Shown here: positions 41,945-54,377 of the stretch, piece after piece
Numbering within the stretch: position 1 is the first letter of the stretch
How the letters are laid out: each line of letters starts with the position of its first letter
Program-made: the position numbers and the translations under genes
Notes under the pieces: model-generated
What the model was told of the DNA's origin: nothing
Seen by the model: only the letters and a program-made list of their open reading frames with translations
Database searches by the model: none
From: Chrysomallon squamiferum
Taxonomy: Eukaryota; Animalia; Mollusca
Assembly (NCBI GenBank): GCA_012295275.1
Contig: CM022672.1
Span: forward strand, 8,432,001 to 8,496,000
DNA length: 64,000 nucleotides
Reading direction: 5' to 3'

Positions 41945-42545
41945 CAAGAACACGAGAATTTGTCGTAGTCATTGCGTGAAAGATATACATAGCATAAACA
42001 CAGGAATTTGTTGCACTCAGTGCGTGAAAGATATGTATACTGGGAATATGAGAATTTGTTGTGCTCAGTGCGTGAAAGATATGTATACTGGGAACATGAG
42101 AATTTGTTGTACTCAGTGCGTGAAAGATATCTATACCAGGAACACAGGAATCTGTTGTAGTCAGTGCGTGAAAGATATGTATACCAGGAACACAGGAATC
42201 TGTTGTAGTCAGTGTGTGAAAGATATGTATACCGGGAATACAGGAATTTGTTGTAGTGAGTGCGTGAATGACAACTATATTAGAAACAAGGGAATTTGTT
42301 GTAGTCAGTGCGTGAAAGATACGTATACCAGGAACACAAGAAGTTGTTGTCGTCAGTGCGTTAAATATTTGTATAACAGGATCACGGGAATTTATTATAG
42401 GTAGAGCGTAAAAGATACGTAGATCACTAAAACAAGACTTTGTTGCAGTCACGGCGTTAGAGAATATGGGAATTAGTCGTAAGCAACGCATGAAAGATAT
42501 GTCTATCTAGAACTTTGAATTTTGTCGTAGTCATTTTGTGAAAAA
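41945..42545. repeat. 48-bp minisatellite (~12 copies), consensus CAGTGCGTGAAAGATATGTATACCAGGAACACAGGAATTTGTTGTAGT
   Basis: TGAAAGAT-type anchors every 48 bp from 41977 to 42457, then at 42491 and 42539. More decayed units resume at ~42785-43000. Confidence 0.95.
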
Positions 42546-42592
42546 TTTATGTAAATATATATATATCTTTCACAAAATGACTACAACAAATT
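42518..42592. repeat. Inverted repeat/hairpin formed by an inverted minisatellite unit
   Basis: GTAGTCATTTTGTGAAA (42527-42543) and TTTCACAAAATGACTAC (42568-42584) form a perfect 17-bp stem that extends imperfectly in both directions. Confidence 0.9.
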
Positions 42593-42593
42593 A

Positions 42594-42762
42594 TACATAC
42601 ATACATACATACATGCATACATACATAGATACATGCATACATACATACATACATACATACATACATACATACATACATACATACATACATACATACATAC
42701 ATACATACATACATACATACATACATGCATACATACATACATACATACATACATACATACAT
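42594..42762. repeat. (ATAC)n microsatellite
   Basis: Directly visible. Confidence 0.95.
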
Positions 42763-44067
42763 AACACATATTCAGAACAGGGGGATGAAAAATATGTATA
42801 TCTAGAATATAGAAATTTGTAGGAGTTTTTATGTGAATCATATATCATTTTAGAACAAATGAATTTTTCGCAACCATTACTTATATCTATGTATATCTAG
42901 AATTTTTGAATTTATCGTAATCTTCGCATGAACGATACAAATACTGATCAGTAAAACAGGAATTTAATTTAATAACACAATGAATATACCCGAGAAACAG
43001 TTTAACATGGAATGAAAGGTTATAACAGGTTTTAACTTTAGTAATAACAATAGCAACAACAACAACGACAACAATAATAAATCGTGGTTAAGATGTCATT
43101 TTTGTCAAATAAAAGCCATGGAGTTTATTGATTTCAGAAATGACCAATAGAAAAATATTAATATTGTTTTACTTGTAACTGATGGTAATTCTTTTTTACT
43201 AATTAATTAAGCTAGAAATAATAACAAATTTTCAGAGATTCGTGCAGGCTGGTGGGAAGGCTAGTATGTTTGATCACGGGATTTGGTAATAGTTTATAGA
43301 AATGTATCGACCTCTTTAATGGATAAAGAAGACAAATCCACCATTCATTCCTTACATTTGTTTATTTTATTTTATTTTGTTTGTGTTTTTTAATTTTATT
43401 GCTACTGATTGTTTGTTGGCATTCGTATTCTGGTCCAAAGATATATATTTATACACATATAATATTTTTGCTTTTTCTTTTTCTTATTATTTTTCATTTT
43501 CTTTTATGTTTTTTACATTTTTTTCTATTTATTGTATGTGTTAATATGTATTTTATGAGTATGTGGATTGTACTTTGTTAAAACATGTTTTGTTCTTATA
43601 TCACTATGTCTGCCCCTTAGGAAATTATACTTAATGAATTTATTTATTTTTCCATAAAATATTTATACTACTTTTTTTTTAACTGTCCAAATGATGGAAA
43701 ATTTCCATTGACAAATTAAAATCTCGGACGTCTGAAATTGCCCTGCGACAACTCGATGCCGCTGTCTCTTTCACCACACGACAACGACGACAACTTTCGG
43801 AAAATAACATGTCCATCTCTCAACGTGATTTGAATTACACGAACACGCCTACCAGCCGCGTCTACCACGACATCCTGACTTGTATCCTCTCCCACGACAA
43901 CGCTAAACGAAGTTGCCGACATTTGAATTAATAATTTACATTTTTAATAGCGACACTTTTGTTTACAACAACTGAAATAGGTTTATCTTGTTCAGTTCAT
44001 ACAAATAACACACATAACCACTACCACTGGTTATCTGTAGATACAAATATTCTGAACTAATCATCGA

Positions 44068-44380
44068 GTAACCAGGATAAGTTCTCAAAATATACTATTT
44101 ATTTTTTATTTTTTTAACTGAGGGAGCTGGATAAGTCTTCATAGTCTAAGTAAACAGATTTTTTACCAGTGAGCAAAGCAGGATAAATGCTCATAGCCTA
44201 ATTAAACAATTTGTTTTCGTTTTTTTTAACGAGTAAGCCTTTTGATCTGTGACCAGAGCAGGATAAAGTCTCGTAACTTAAATCTATATACAACTTTTTT
44301 TGCCCAAAGACCAGAATACAGTTGTGGTAACTAAAATATGCAATTTTTTGCTCAGTGAACAGGGTAAACTTCTTACAATA
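44068..44380. repeat. Decayed tandem repeat with AGCAGGATAAR..CTCATAG.CTAA.TAAACA motif (4-5 copies)
   Basis: Motif copies at ~44071, 44125, 44177, 44257 and 44359. Confidence 0.6.
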
Positions 44381-46050
44381 GCTGTTGCTGTGTTCTTGTA
44401 TATGAATTGTCGCCGTATTAGTTAAACTAACATTCATTCCTTCATGTGCCAGTTTCAAAGAAGAAAATGAACAATACCGTTTTATGAAGACCTTTCATTT
44501 ATGTAAGACTTGTTATTCAGACTCACAGAACGACTGTTGTGTCGTAGCTGTACCTCTAATTACGTTTATTACCGAGAGGTCAGTAAAACAAACCTATACT
44601 CCCACTGTGTCTAATTAAAACGTGCTCTTTGTTCAAACAGAGCACATCGCAGTATCAGTCGGAAGTGCCGGTGTTAACTTTGTCTGTGCCGGGTCGTGAC
44701 GTTACGTTGTTCATGAAGCACTTATTTCCCCTAACACCGCTGTAGTGCTGTTCTATAGGATACCGCGCAGATCTTGTACTCGGAAATAGCAATATCATGT
44801 TTGTACTGTGTGATAATAAACACATTTGATACGGTACCCTTACATCTTTGTCTGTAGGCGGGATTCGTTGACCGATTTTACGTAAACAAGTCTGTCTGTC
44901 TGTCTGTCTGTGTATTCTTTCTACCTATTTACTTCACAAAATTTTGTCCATAATGATAAAACCTTTCAGGCTGTTTTGTCGTAATGCTGCATATATACGT
45001 TAAGAAGAAGGAAAAACAATCGCTAGAAATTTTATACAATGTTTTTAGATTATTTGTTCCTTTTAGAAACTGATACACTTTTAACTCGTAATTGTTCCTG
45101 TTAGGAAATGTTCAACAGTGAATTTACTTTGATCACAGCCACCGAAATCTTTGCAAACGTAGATGAAGATAACACACATCGTTTCAGTCATGTTTTCAAA
45201 CAGATTCGTTTTTAAACTTCTATCAATCCTCACTTTGGTCCGCCTTGCGCTGAGACGTTTTCACACTAAACGACTTGGTGTACCTACTTATAGCACACCA
45301 TTTGTAGTGCCTGTGAAAATTAGTATTATTGGAAGCGGTTTAATTTTATAAGTTCTCTATGATTTTATAAATATTTTTCTATTGTGTATCGCTGTATATG
45401 GGGAGAGAGAAATAAAGAGACAGAGAAAGAAAGAAAGGGAGAAAAAAGAGAAAGAAAGAAAGAAAGAATGAGAAAGGAATCGACATAGTTAATACAAATA
45501 TGTTAAAACAATAAAATAAAATAAAATAAATTTAAAAAATTAGAGAAGAAAAATCGTTTGTCGAAATATCAGTTGATTACATTATTGTATTGCACAAATG
45601 AAAGCTATACATTCAGTCGCATGTTAGAAGTCGTTGGTACAAGTCGTTTGGTAAGAATGCAGCTTAACACCAAAACTACAACAAGTCGTTCGTTTTCATT
45701 TTGTTTTTTTTTTCACCTAAAATTCCATCAGCTCCATTGCTGGTTACATTGGCTCTACTTGCAGTAAACAACATGACCTTTCACCCAGCAAAATAATATT
45801 TTTGACCAACAGTACTTTGATAAACGCGAAATGTCGACAGATTCGAAGAGATATTTTTCTTTTTCTTTAACATCAAAGAAGATTTTCTACACAGGTGTAG
45901 ATTTCGTGGAAGATTTGTTTGATCTACTGGGCAGACTGACTTCATAAGAAAAGGATTAATAAACATCAGATTGTTAATTTATTCAAAGAGAAACTGATGG
46001 AGTGAACAAACAGGAACTAAAGATTTTTTTCCGTGATATCGAACATAGTC

Positions 46051-46158
<108 letters not shown>

Positions 46159-46760
46159 ATTTCAGTCACTCTCTGTTTTGAAACATCACTCAGCGAAATA
46201 ATTTCTATTTCCGCCATTTCTAACATTCACATCAACAGATTTTTATAATAACTACTCAGCAATACCGTCTTACGAAATTCAAAGAGAGAATAATATAATT
46301 AATTCACGTAAATCACCCATTTTCTCCACATCAAAACAACGGTTTATTTTTTTTTTTTACATTTGATATTATACCGAATATTTTTAAATACCAAAAAAAA
46401 AACTTCTTCTTTCGCAAAAAATTATTAATATTTTTTTATTTCTTTTTTGAAAACAGTAGTTGTTGCTTTTTTAATGGTGATGACAGGTTTTAGACAAACG
46501 TTTCCATAAAAAATTATGTTTAATCATAATGTTTCGACAGTTATAAAATATTACAGTCATGTACCTAACATTTTAGTGTGTATGATGACGGAGTCTTTCG
46601 GAGTAATGAATCGGCACACGAATACAGTCGTGACGTAAAGTCGTTTACTCAAGTACTTTTTAAAATGTGATCTCAGCAAACAACTGTTACACGAAAGAGG
46701 CTACGAATAACATGCAATAATATGATCGATACGAAAAAAAATATAATAGCTGTCATTTAT

Positions 46761-46822
<62 letters not shown>

Positions 46823-47602
46823 CATCATTTATCTGTCTTTCTCCGCCCCCTGATTTTTCTTAAGAATAGTTATTTTGTTCAAACTATATTTATATCATTA
46901 TTCAGATCTCGTAGAGAATTATATTTAATACAGTGTAATGGCTATGTGAGTGGGTAAATGTTTTGGTTATTTCCATCAAAGAACTATTCAAGAACGACTA
47001 CTGTGGATACAGTTTGTGATGTAGACAGTTTAGATTTTATAATACTGCGGAAAAATTGATATACGTCGCAATGATTTTTACAGTGTTACTTTTTGTAGTA
47101 CCAAATCACGAAGGTTTCGTTGACATAGATTGATTTTAAATAAAAATTCACTGCGTGTAAATGAAAACAATATTTCGTAATCTTCAGGTTATCGTGATTT
47201 GACTCGGATTTTATCATCGTAGGTCAGAGTGACTTAACATAATTGTTTTTTATTTATATAATAATTTTTTTTTTTTTTGTGTAGAGTATTTGACAAAAAC
47301 GGAGAAAAATCAAGTTTTATCGCCACGGGAAAACGTGAAAGGGTGTTGATATAGATTTAATGTCCAGACTAGAGGTAACTATGGTAACGATATTTAATTT
47401 GTGAATTGTTAATTCGAGGTTTCATCTCGACCTCAGACAGACACGAGTCTCTGATGTGTTAATTTCTCTTTTCTGGACTCTATCACAATTTACTTCACTG
47501 TGAGAGCATCGCTTGATGTAACTTTTCCCTTGTTTTGTTTACCACGCATCTTTTGTTGTGAACTTTTTGTAAGAAAACAAGTTGTTTTTCACTAAGCTGT
47601 GA

Positions 47603-47665
47603 GGACTCGAATGTAGTCTAGTGGTTAGGTTAATCTTCTGGTAGTACTATCAGTCCTGAATGAAG
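47603..47665 (+). mobile_element. Possible degraded tRNA-derived SINE head (A-box remnant)
   Basis: TGTAGTCTAGTGGTTAGG (47612-47629) fits the Pol III A-box/D-arm pattern; no intact B-box or cloverleaf. Confidence 0.3.
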
Positions 47666-48354
47666 TTAACTTTTTTTTTTTTTACTTCTCGTTTGAAAAC
47701 TGCAACGGCGGTTGTATTGAAAGATGAAGAAAAGTGAATAGAAATAATCCTATTATGATAATCACAAATGTAGAACGTGCTGAACGATTGTCTTGTATAG
47801 TGACATCATCGCAATTTGATCAAAGAAACGTTGACACAGATAAATAAATTCTGCGACGCACATATACAAATACGCATACACAAACGTTCACGCATGCACA
47901 CACATAGAAAGATATTCACTACCAAAATCAGGAAGAAATAATCAAGATGGACGTTAAGATGAATTTACAGATGACAGGATACTAAAATTATTTTTTAAAA
48001 TTCCAGATAAATCGTTTCTGTGGCGATATTTCGTAATCGTGGCTAACTCCTTTCCCCTCGTGTTCTCGTTAGCAGTGTCTCCTAGTCAATGCACAATTAG
48101 TCAAATCTGAAATTGAAATATTTCGTTCCCAGTGCTATTTTTCTTCCTGATGAGAACAGCGTACATCCGTTATCATGTCAAGAAATTACATAACTTTGCT
48201 CCGTAATTACTAGTTCTTTAGTAAAGAACGGCACGGAAAAGCGAAATAAAAAAATCATGAGTATCACACGTAAACAGTCGAGTATTTTTGAACAACTTGT
48301 TTTATTGTGATGACCATGTTTCTTTGATTCTTTAGTACAATATGTCCATGCATG

Positions 48355-48357
<3 letters not shown>

Positions 48358-48423
<66 letters not shown>
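48358..48423. repeat. (TAAA)n microsatellite
   Basis: Directly visible. Confidence 0.95.
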
Positions 48424-48499
48424 GTAAACAAACAAAACAAACAAACAAACAGACAAATTCTGTTATATGGTTCTTTTTCTTTTTTTCTTCTTCATCTTC

Positions 48500-48530
<31 letters not shown>

Positions 48531-49785
48531 TATCTTCTGATTAGTTCTGAAAAAAAAATAACGTCATCTGGTTACATAATCAGGATCTTACATCAGTAAT
48601 TATTGCTGAAGTTCATTTTCTCACCCACTTTGTTTATACTGTTACAGTTTTTAACTGGTGAAGTAAGAATTAAGTAATAAAGACATACGCACACACACAC
48701 ACACATAAACGCCCACGTTGACGGATATTCACGACGTGTGTTTCGCAGTCTGACGGAGAGAACTGGCTACTACAACAACAACAACAACAACAAAAATACA
48801 AACTGATATCTCTCACATCAAGTTCTTTCCCATCAAACTGCAGCTGTGTGTATAGCACTGAGAACAAGCATATTAATTATAATTATTAGATTATCATCAC
48901 TATTTATTTATTTTTGCTTGAATAATAAAAAGAGTGCGGGTTTTTTTTGTTGGAAATTCTACTAGCATAGCTGAAAATGAACGTTGCGTTCGATTAGCAT
49001 AGAGAAAGCAAACAAATCTCTCATTACTGTTTAAACAGGCACACTTACTGGAGCGGTGCAAGAATTGACCAATATGTTTGCGCTAACGTGCCGGATATCA
49101 GAAATAGGGTTTCTGCGTAAACACGGACTTGACAGCGGCATTACGGCGGACATGATTTGTGTGTGGGTTTTGTTGTGTGCTGATTGCATAACAGGTTTAT
49201 AACGGCTGAGTGTCTGTTGACGCTGCTCGTTCGTCCCCGCAGACGTCACACAGGCAGAGTGGTGATGAAAGGTTACAACCGATTTTATTATGCTTGCCAT
49301 TACCTACCTGCTAACCTCCATACATACGTCAACGTTCTTTTTGTTTTCTTTTTTTCGTTATATGTATATATGTATGTACCTATATATATATATGTATGTA
49401 TGTATGTATGGATGTATATTATCTGTAGAGATAAATAAATATAATAAAATAGATTTGAATAAAGAAAGGAAAATCAAAACCAAAAACATTTTTAAAATAA
49501 AGAAACTAAATAAAAGTACAAGCACTATATTTGAATAACTTTAAGAGTACTTTATGTCAGGATTTGATTTCTCTGTTTGTTTGACTGTTTATGTGTGTTA
49601 AGAACAATTTACGTTACTTTATCTGTGTGATGTTGACTTTGCAACAAGAATGTTGTTTCTATTTTATCCCAATCAAATATACTCTCTGTTTGTCTTGTAC
49701 ATGTCGAAATATTAACTTTCAACAAAATCATATTTACATCTTGGTAATTATGTCACTTCTGTATGACATGTTATTTTTTCTTGCC

Positions 49786-49819
<34 letters not shown>

Positions 49820-50039
49820 AAAACACTTAGCAATTCAATAAATATTAATTTTCATTCTTGTAAGTCTTAAAGATCATCCAGTGATGTCATGAAATCGTTG
49901 GGTTTTTTTTCAGTAATTTTCTTATTTTATAGTTATCATTTAATGTTTTCTTCTGCTATCAGTCAGTGAACTTTTTAAATATGCTTACGTGAATAGGAAA
50001 AGTCTTGGGCTGAAAACAAAGAACCACGAGTTACGGGAC

Positions 50040-51320
50040 ATGTTAGTGTGTTAGATGTAGTACATGTTAGTATGTTAGAACATGCAGTGTCACTGTTAGT
50101 AAGTTAAATGTTTTAGTGTTAGCATATTTGAAGGTGTAGTTAGTTTTAATATATTAGAGGTGTAATGTTAGTGTGTTAGAATGTGTAGTTAGTTTTAGTA
50201 TATTAGAGGGTGTAATGTTAGTATGTTAGAATGTAGAGTGTTAGTATATTAGAGGGTTTAATTAGGATGTTAGAGTGTATAGTGTTAGTATGTTAGAATG
50301 TGTAGTTAGTTTTAGTATATTAGAAGGTGTAATGTTAGTATGTTAGAATGTAGAGTGTTAGTATATTAGAGGGTTTAATTAGTATGTTAGAGTGTATAGT
50401 GTTAGTATGTTAGAATGTGTAGTTAGTTTTAGTATATTAGAGGGTGTAATGTTAGTATGTTAAAATGTACAGTGTTAGTATGTTAGTGTGAAGTGTTAGT
50501 ATGTTAGAGTGTATAGTGTTAGTATGTTAGAGGATGTATTGTTAGTATGTTAGAATATGCGTTATGGTGTAGTTTTTGTATATTAGAGGTGTAATGTTAG
50601 TATGTTACAGTGTGAAGTGTTAGTATGTTAGAGTGTATAGTGTTAGTATGTTAGAATGTCTAGTTAGTTTTAGTATATTAGAGGGTGTAATGTTAGTATG
50701 TTAGAGTGTATAGTGTTAGTAAGTTAGAGGATGTATTGTTAATAGGTTAGAATGTGCATTATGGTGTAGTTTTAGTATATTAGAGGTGTAATGTTAGTAT
50801 GTTAAAATGTGCATCGATAATATGTTAGAGTGTGAAGTGTTAGTATATTACAGTGTTTAATGTTAGCATGTTAGAACGTGTAGTTAGTGTTAGTATGTTA
50901 GTGGGTATATTGTTAGTATGTTAGAATATGTAGTATATTACAGTGTGAAGTGTTAGTATGTTAGAATGTGCACTGTTGGTATGTTACAGTGTATAGTGTT
51001 AATATCTTAATATGTATAGTGTTAGTATATTACAGTGTTTAGTGTTAGTATGTTAGAATGTGTAGTTTTAATATATTAAAGGCTATGCTAGTATGTTAGA
51101 GTGTATAGTGTTATTATGTTAGAATGTACAGTGTTAGTAGGTTAGAGTGTATAGTATTAGTATGACAGAATGTATAGTTTTAGTATATTAGAGGGGGTAA
51201 TTTTAGTATATAACAATGTTTGTGTTAATATGTTAGAATGTGTAGTGTTAGTATATTACAATGTTTGTATTAGTATGTTAGAATATGTAGTAGTGTTAGT
51301 ATGTTAGAATATAGTGCTAG
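50040..51320. repeat. ~23-bp degenerate minisatellite (~1.3 kb), consensus GTGTTAGTATGTTAGAGTGTATA
   Basis: Continuous TGTTAG-based units with almost no C on the + strand; a local ~117-bp higher-order repeat (GGGTTTAATTAG at 50254 and 50371). Confidence 0.95.
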
Positions 51321-51814
51321 TAATCTCACATCTCTCACTATTTCTTCAAGAAGCAGATCCTGGAAAAAAGATCCTCATTCAAAAAGAGATAAAAAAAAAA
51401 AAAAAAAAAAAAAATCGTGGATTAGGCACTGCTAAAAGAAGACGATCTTTTCTCTTCAGCAAGAGTTGATTGTTTTGTTCGTGCTTGTAAGGTTTTCTCT
51501 GGGGTCTGTTTGATCTGAGAGACACGTCTAAACACGGAGCAGAAATAGCAAGGAAAAACAAACCACTTCACAAAACTGTGTGTAATGTTTATTTATATTA
51601 CCAGTTACAATTTTAAGAATATTCCTGTATTATTATTATTAGAGTATGTTTTGATGACAGTGGCAGGGTGGAACTTTTAGTGGATATATTTAGAGAACAG
51701 AAAGAAACACGTGCGAATTGTAAGATATTTTCGTTAATCAAAAGGAATACAGAGGAAATAGTCTAAAAACAAAAGCTTTTCACTTGAAATCTTACAACGT
51801 TTATTTTTGTTGTT

Positions 51815-51936
<122 letters not shown>

Positions 51937-52496
51937 TTTCATTACGTTAAACTGTATCTAGAGTAATAAAATTAAGATAAGAAGATTAAAAAATAAAATA
52001 AAATAAATAAGAACAAAATAACCTAAAACTAATGCACATAAACAGATAGATATGGATGTGGATAAATGGATAGACAGATAAAAGTTCGGAAGTAAATACT
52101 AAAATAGAATAACAAAAATATATTTCCTTTTCTTCCGAATAGTTGATTTATTTTTCCAGTGAAATCTGCCCTTTCTAAATAAGATTTTAAAAAATAATAA
52201 TGTAATAAAAATAAAAACTGGTACTTTTCTTTTTAATTTTTGTTTTTTCTTGTTTATTCATCACGTCACATCATGAAAGAGCGAGAGCGTGCTATGATAA
52301 TAAATTATATTTAAAAAATTCTGACAGTTATTAGTTTTGTTTCATTAAAACAATCACTTATTTAGCTTGACCTTATTAACTGTTTTTTATGCTTCAAATA
52401 TTTCTACTAAAATATATATATTTTATTTTATTTATTTTTTTTGTTTTTCATTTTTATTGGAAAAAAATATTGAGAAATGCTGATTTATTTACGTTT

Positions 52497-52534
<38 letters not shown>

Positions 52535-53099
52535 CACAACATGTTAATCGCTTTCATATTTGTAAAATTTTATCTTTGTTCTTATTTTCCCCAAATGTAT
52601 TTTTACGACGACAAGATGTATGTATTTTGTCTTGAGTCGTGTCAGCAGCCTTTCTGATACATCGAACATGTCACGAGATAAATAGTCCCTGCATCGACTG
52701 CTACCTCATCCATCATCCTGCGGTCTGTTAAGCGCAGCTTCCGGTGTTATCTATTCCCGGCATTAACAGTAATCAGCAAGGTGGACCAGAAAACTGAATT
52801 AATTGTTGTGTTCTTGACCACGCACATAAATTTGAGCAAATTTCGCGATTATTATGTAAAAATCATCATTGTCCTAAACAATATTCGATCCCACTGGAGC
52901 GATATTTATCGCCTGATAGCCCAAATGAAGTCATTGGTAGTCAGCCTGTCCAGCTGCGCTTTGCCAGTATCGACCAAATTTGTCCAAACCTCTATTATGC
53001 TGTAACCTCTCGATCTATCACTTTTTTTTTTTTTTTTTTTTTTTTTCGTTGTTTTTCTTCATAGCTAGATGAAACAGTTCTCTAGTAAAAAACATCTAA

Positions 53100-53132
<33 letters not shown>

Positions 53133-53244
53133 TCCAAATAAGAACAAATCCTGAATATTTTAGAGAGGAGTATCAGACATTGTCAGAATGATGTTGACGA
53201 AACAGATACAAAAAAAAAAAAAAAAAAAAATAAATAAAAATAAA

Positions 53245-53276
<32 letters not shown>

Positions 53277-54135
53277 ATAGAAAAATGTAAATTTGTAAAC
53301 AACGCAGAAAAAAATCCAAATATTTACATAAAAAGCAAGTCAGAGGAAATAGTTGGAAAACAAAAAACTTTCATGAATTGAAACAGCAAATTTGAAAACC
53401 TGTGTTTGTATGTATTTATCTGTGTATGTATGTGTGTGTATATATCTATGTATGTATATTTGTATGTATGTATGTATATATGTGTGTGTTTAAATTTGTA
53501 TACACAAATACATATGCACTTACTCACACAATTATATTTGGTTTAAAAGAAATACTAACAAGGCTTATGTTCTGTGTATGTACTGATTTGTACGCAGTAA
53601 ATAACAATAAATGAAAATTAAGGTGTTATATGGTGAAGTTTATGTACAATAAAATACAAAATAAAAGCAAGGATGGGGCGAGCTGATAGTAAACTATCAG
53701 AGTAAACGTGGACTGTTAGGAGATGAGACAAACCAGATCAGAGAAACACGCACGTTATCAAGTTACACGTCACGATCACGTAGATCTCGGGCAAGGGGCG
53801 GACCACTCTGTTTCATTTCTTCTTTTATTTTTTCTTCTTTTATTATGCATCGAAAAACAAAACCTGCTGCAAACTTAGCTCTAAAAGTAAATCTAGCATC
53901 TTGAAAGAGAAAATTCTCACTAATATAAACTAATATCTGCAAGACATTTTACATGTATACGTAGATATTTGATTACTTATAAACAGCCCGAAAAGAGATT
54001 AAATTATCTTTCTAACTAGTTTTGTTTATCAATGTAACTGCGTAGTTATGAAACAGCGTGCTTAACCTACCTACCTATGCATCTGTCACTCCGTCTGTCT
54101 CTTTCTGTGTCTGTCTGTCCACCTGTATATCTCTC

Positions 54136-54377
54136 CGTGGCCGTAACTACATTGAGGTAAATGAGGCAAATGCCTCATACCAAAATTCAGGATTTTGTCG
54201 GGGTGTTTTTTCATACGAAGATTTTATTAAAAATATGTAAAAATATCAATCTCTATTCTGATAATTGGTTTATGTCTACGGTTCCCGTTTGAAGTCTACC
54301 TTAAGCGCCCCCCCAGACCCCTCGCCCAAATTAAATGTTTTTCTCCTCATTTCAAAAAGAGTCTAGTTATGGCCATG
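54136..54377. mobile_element. 242-bp MITE with 14-bp TIRs and 5-bp TSD (CTCTC), possibly hAT5-like
   Basis: Left CGTGGCCGTAACTA (54136-54149) versus the reverse complement of the right end, CATGGCCATAACTA (54364-54377), 12/14 identical. Subterminal AAATGAGG/CCTCATTT. CTCTC at both 54131-54135 and 54378-54382. Internal GCGCCCCCCCAGACCCC. Confidence 0.75.

Noticed and set aside
50040-51320. Interstitial telomeric repeat interpretation
   Set aside because: TTAG is frequent, but there are no tandem TTAGGG or TTAGG runs and the period is ~23 bp.
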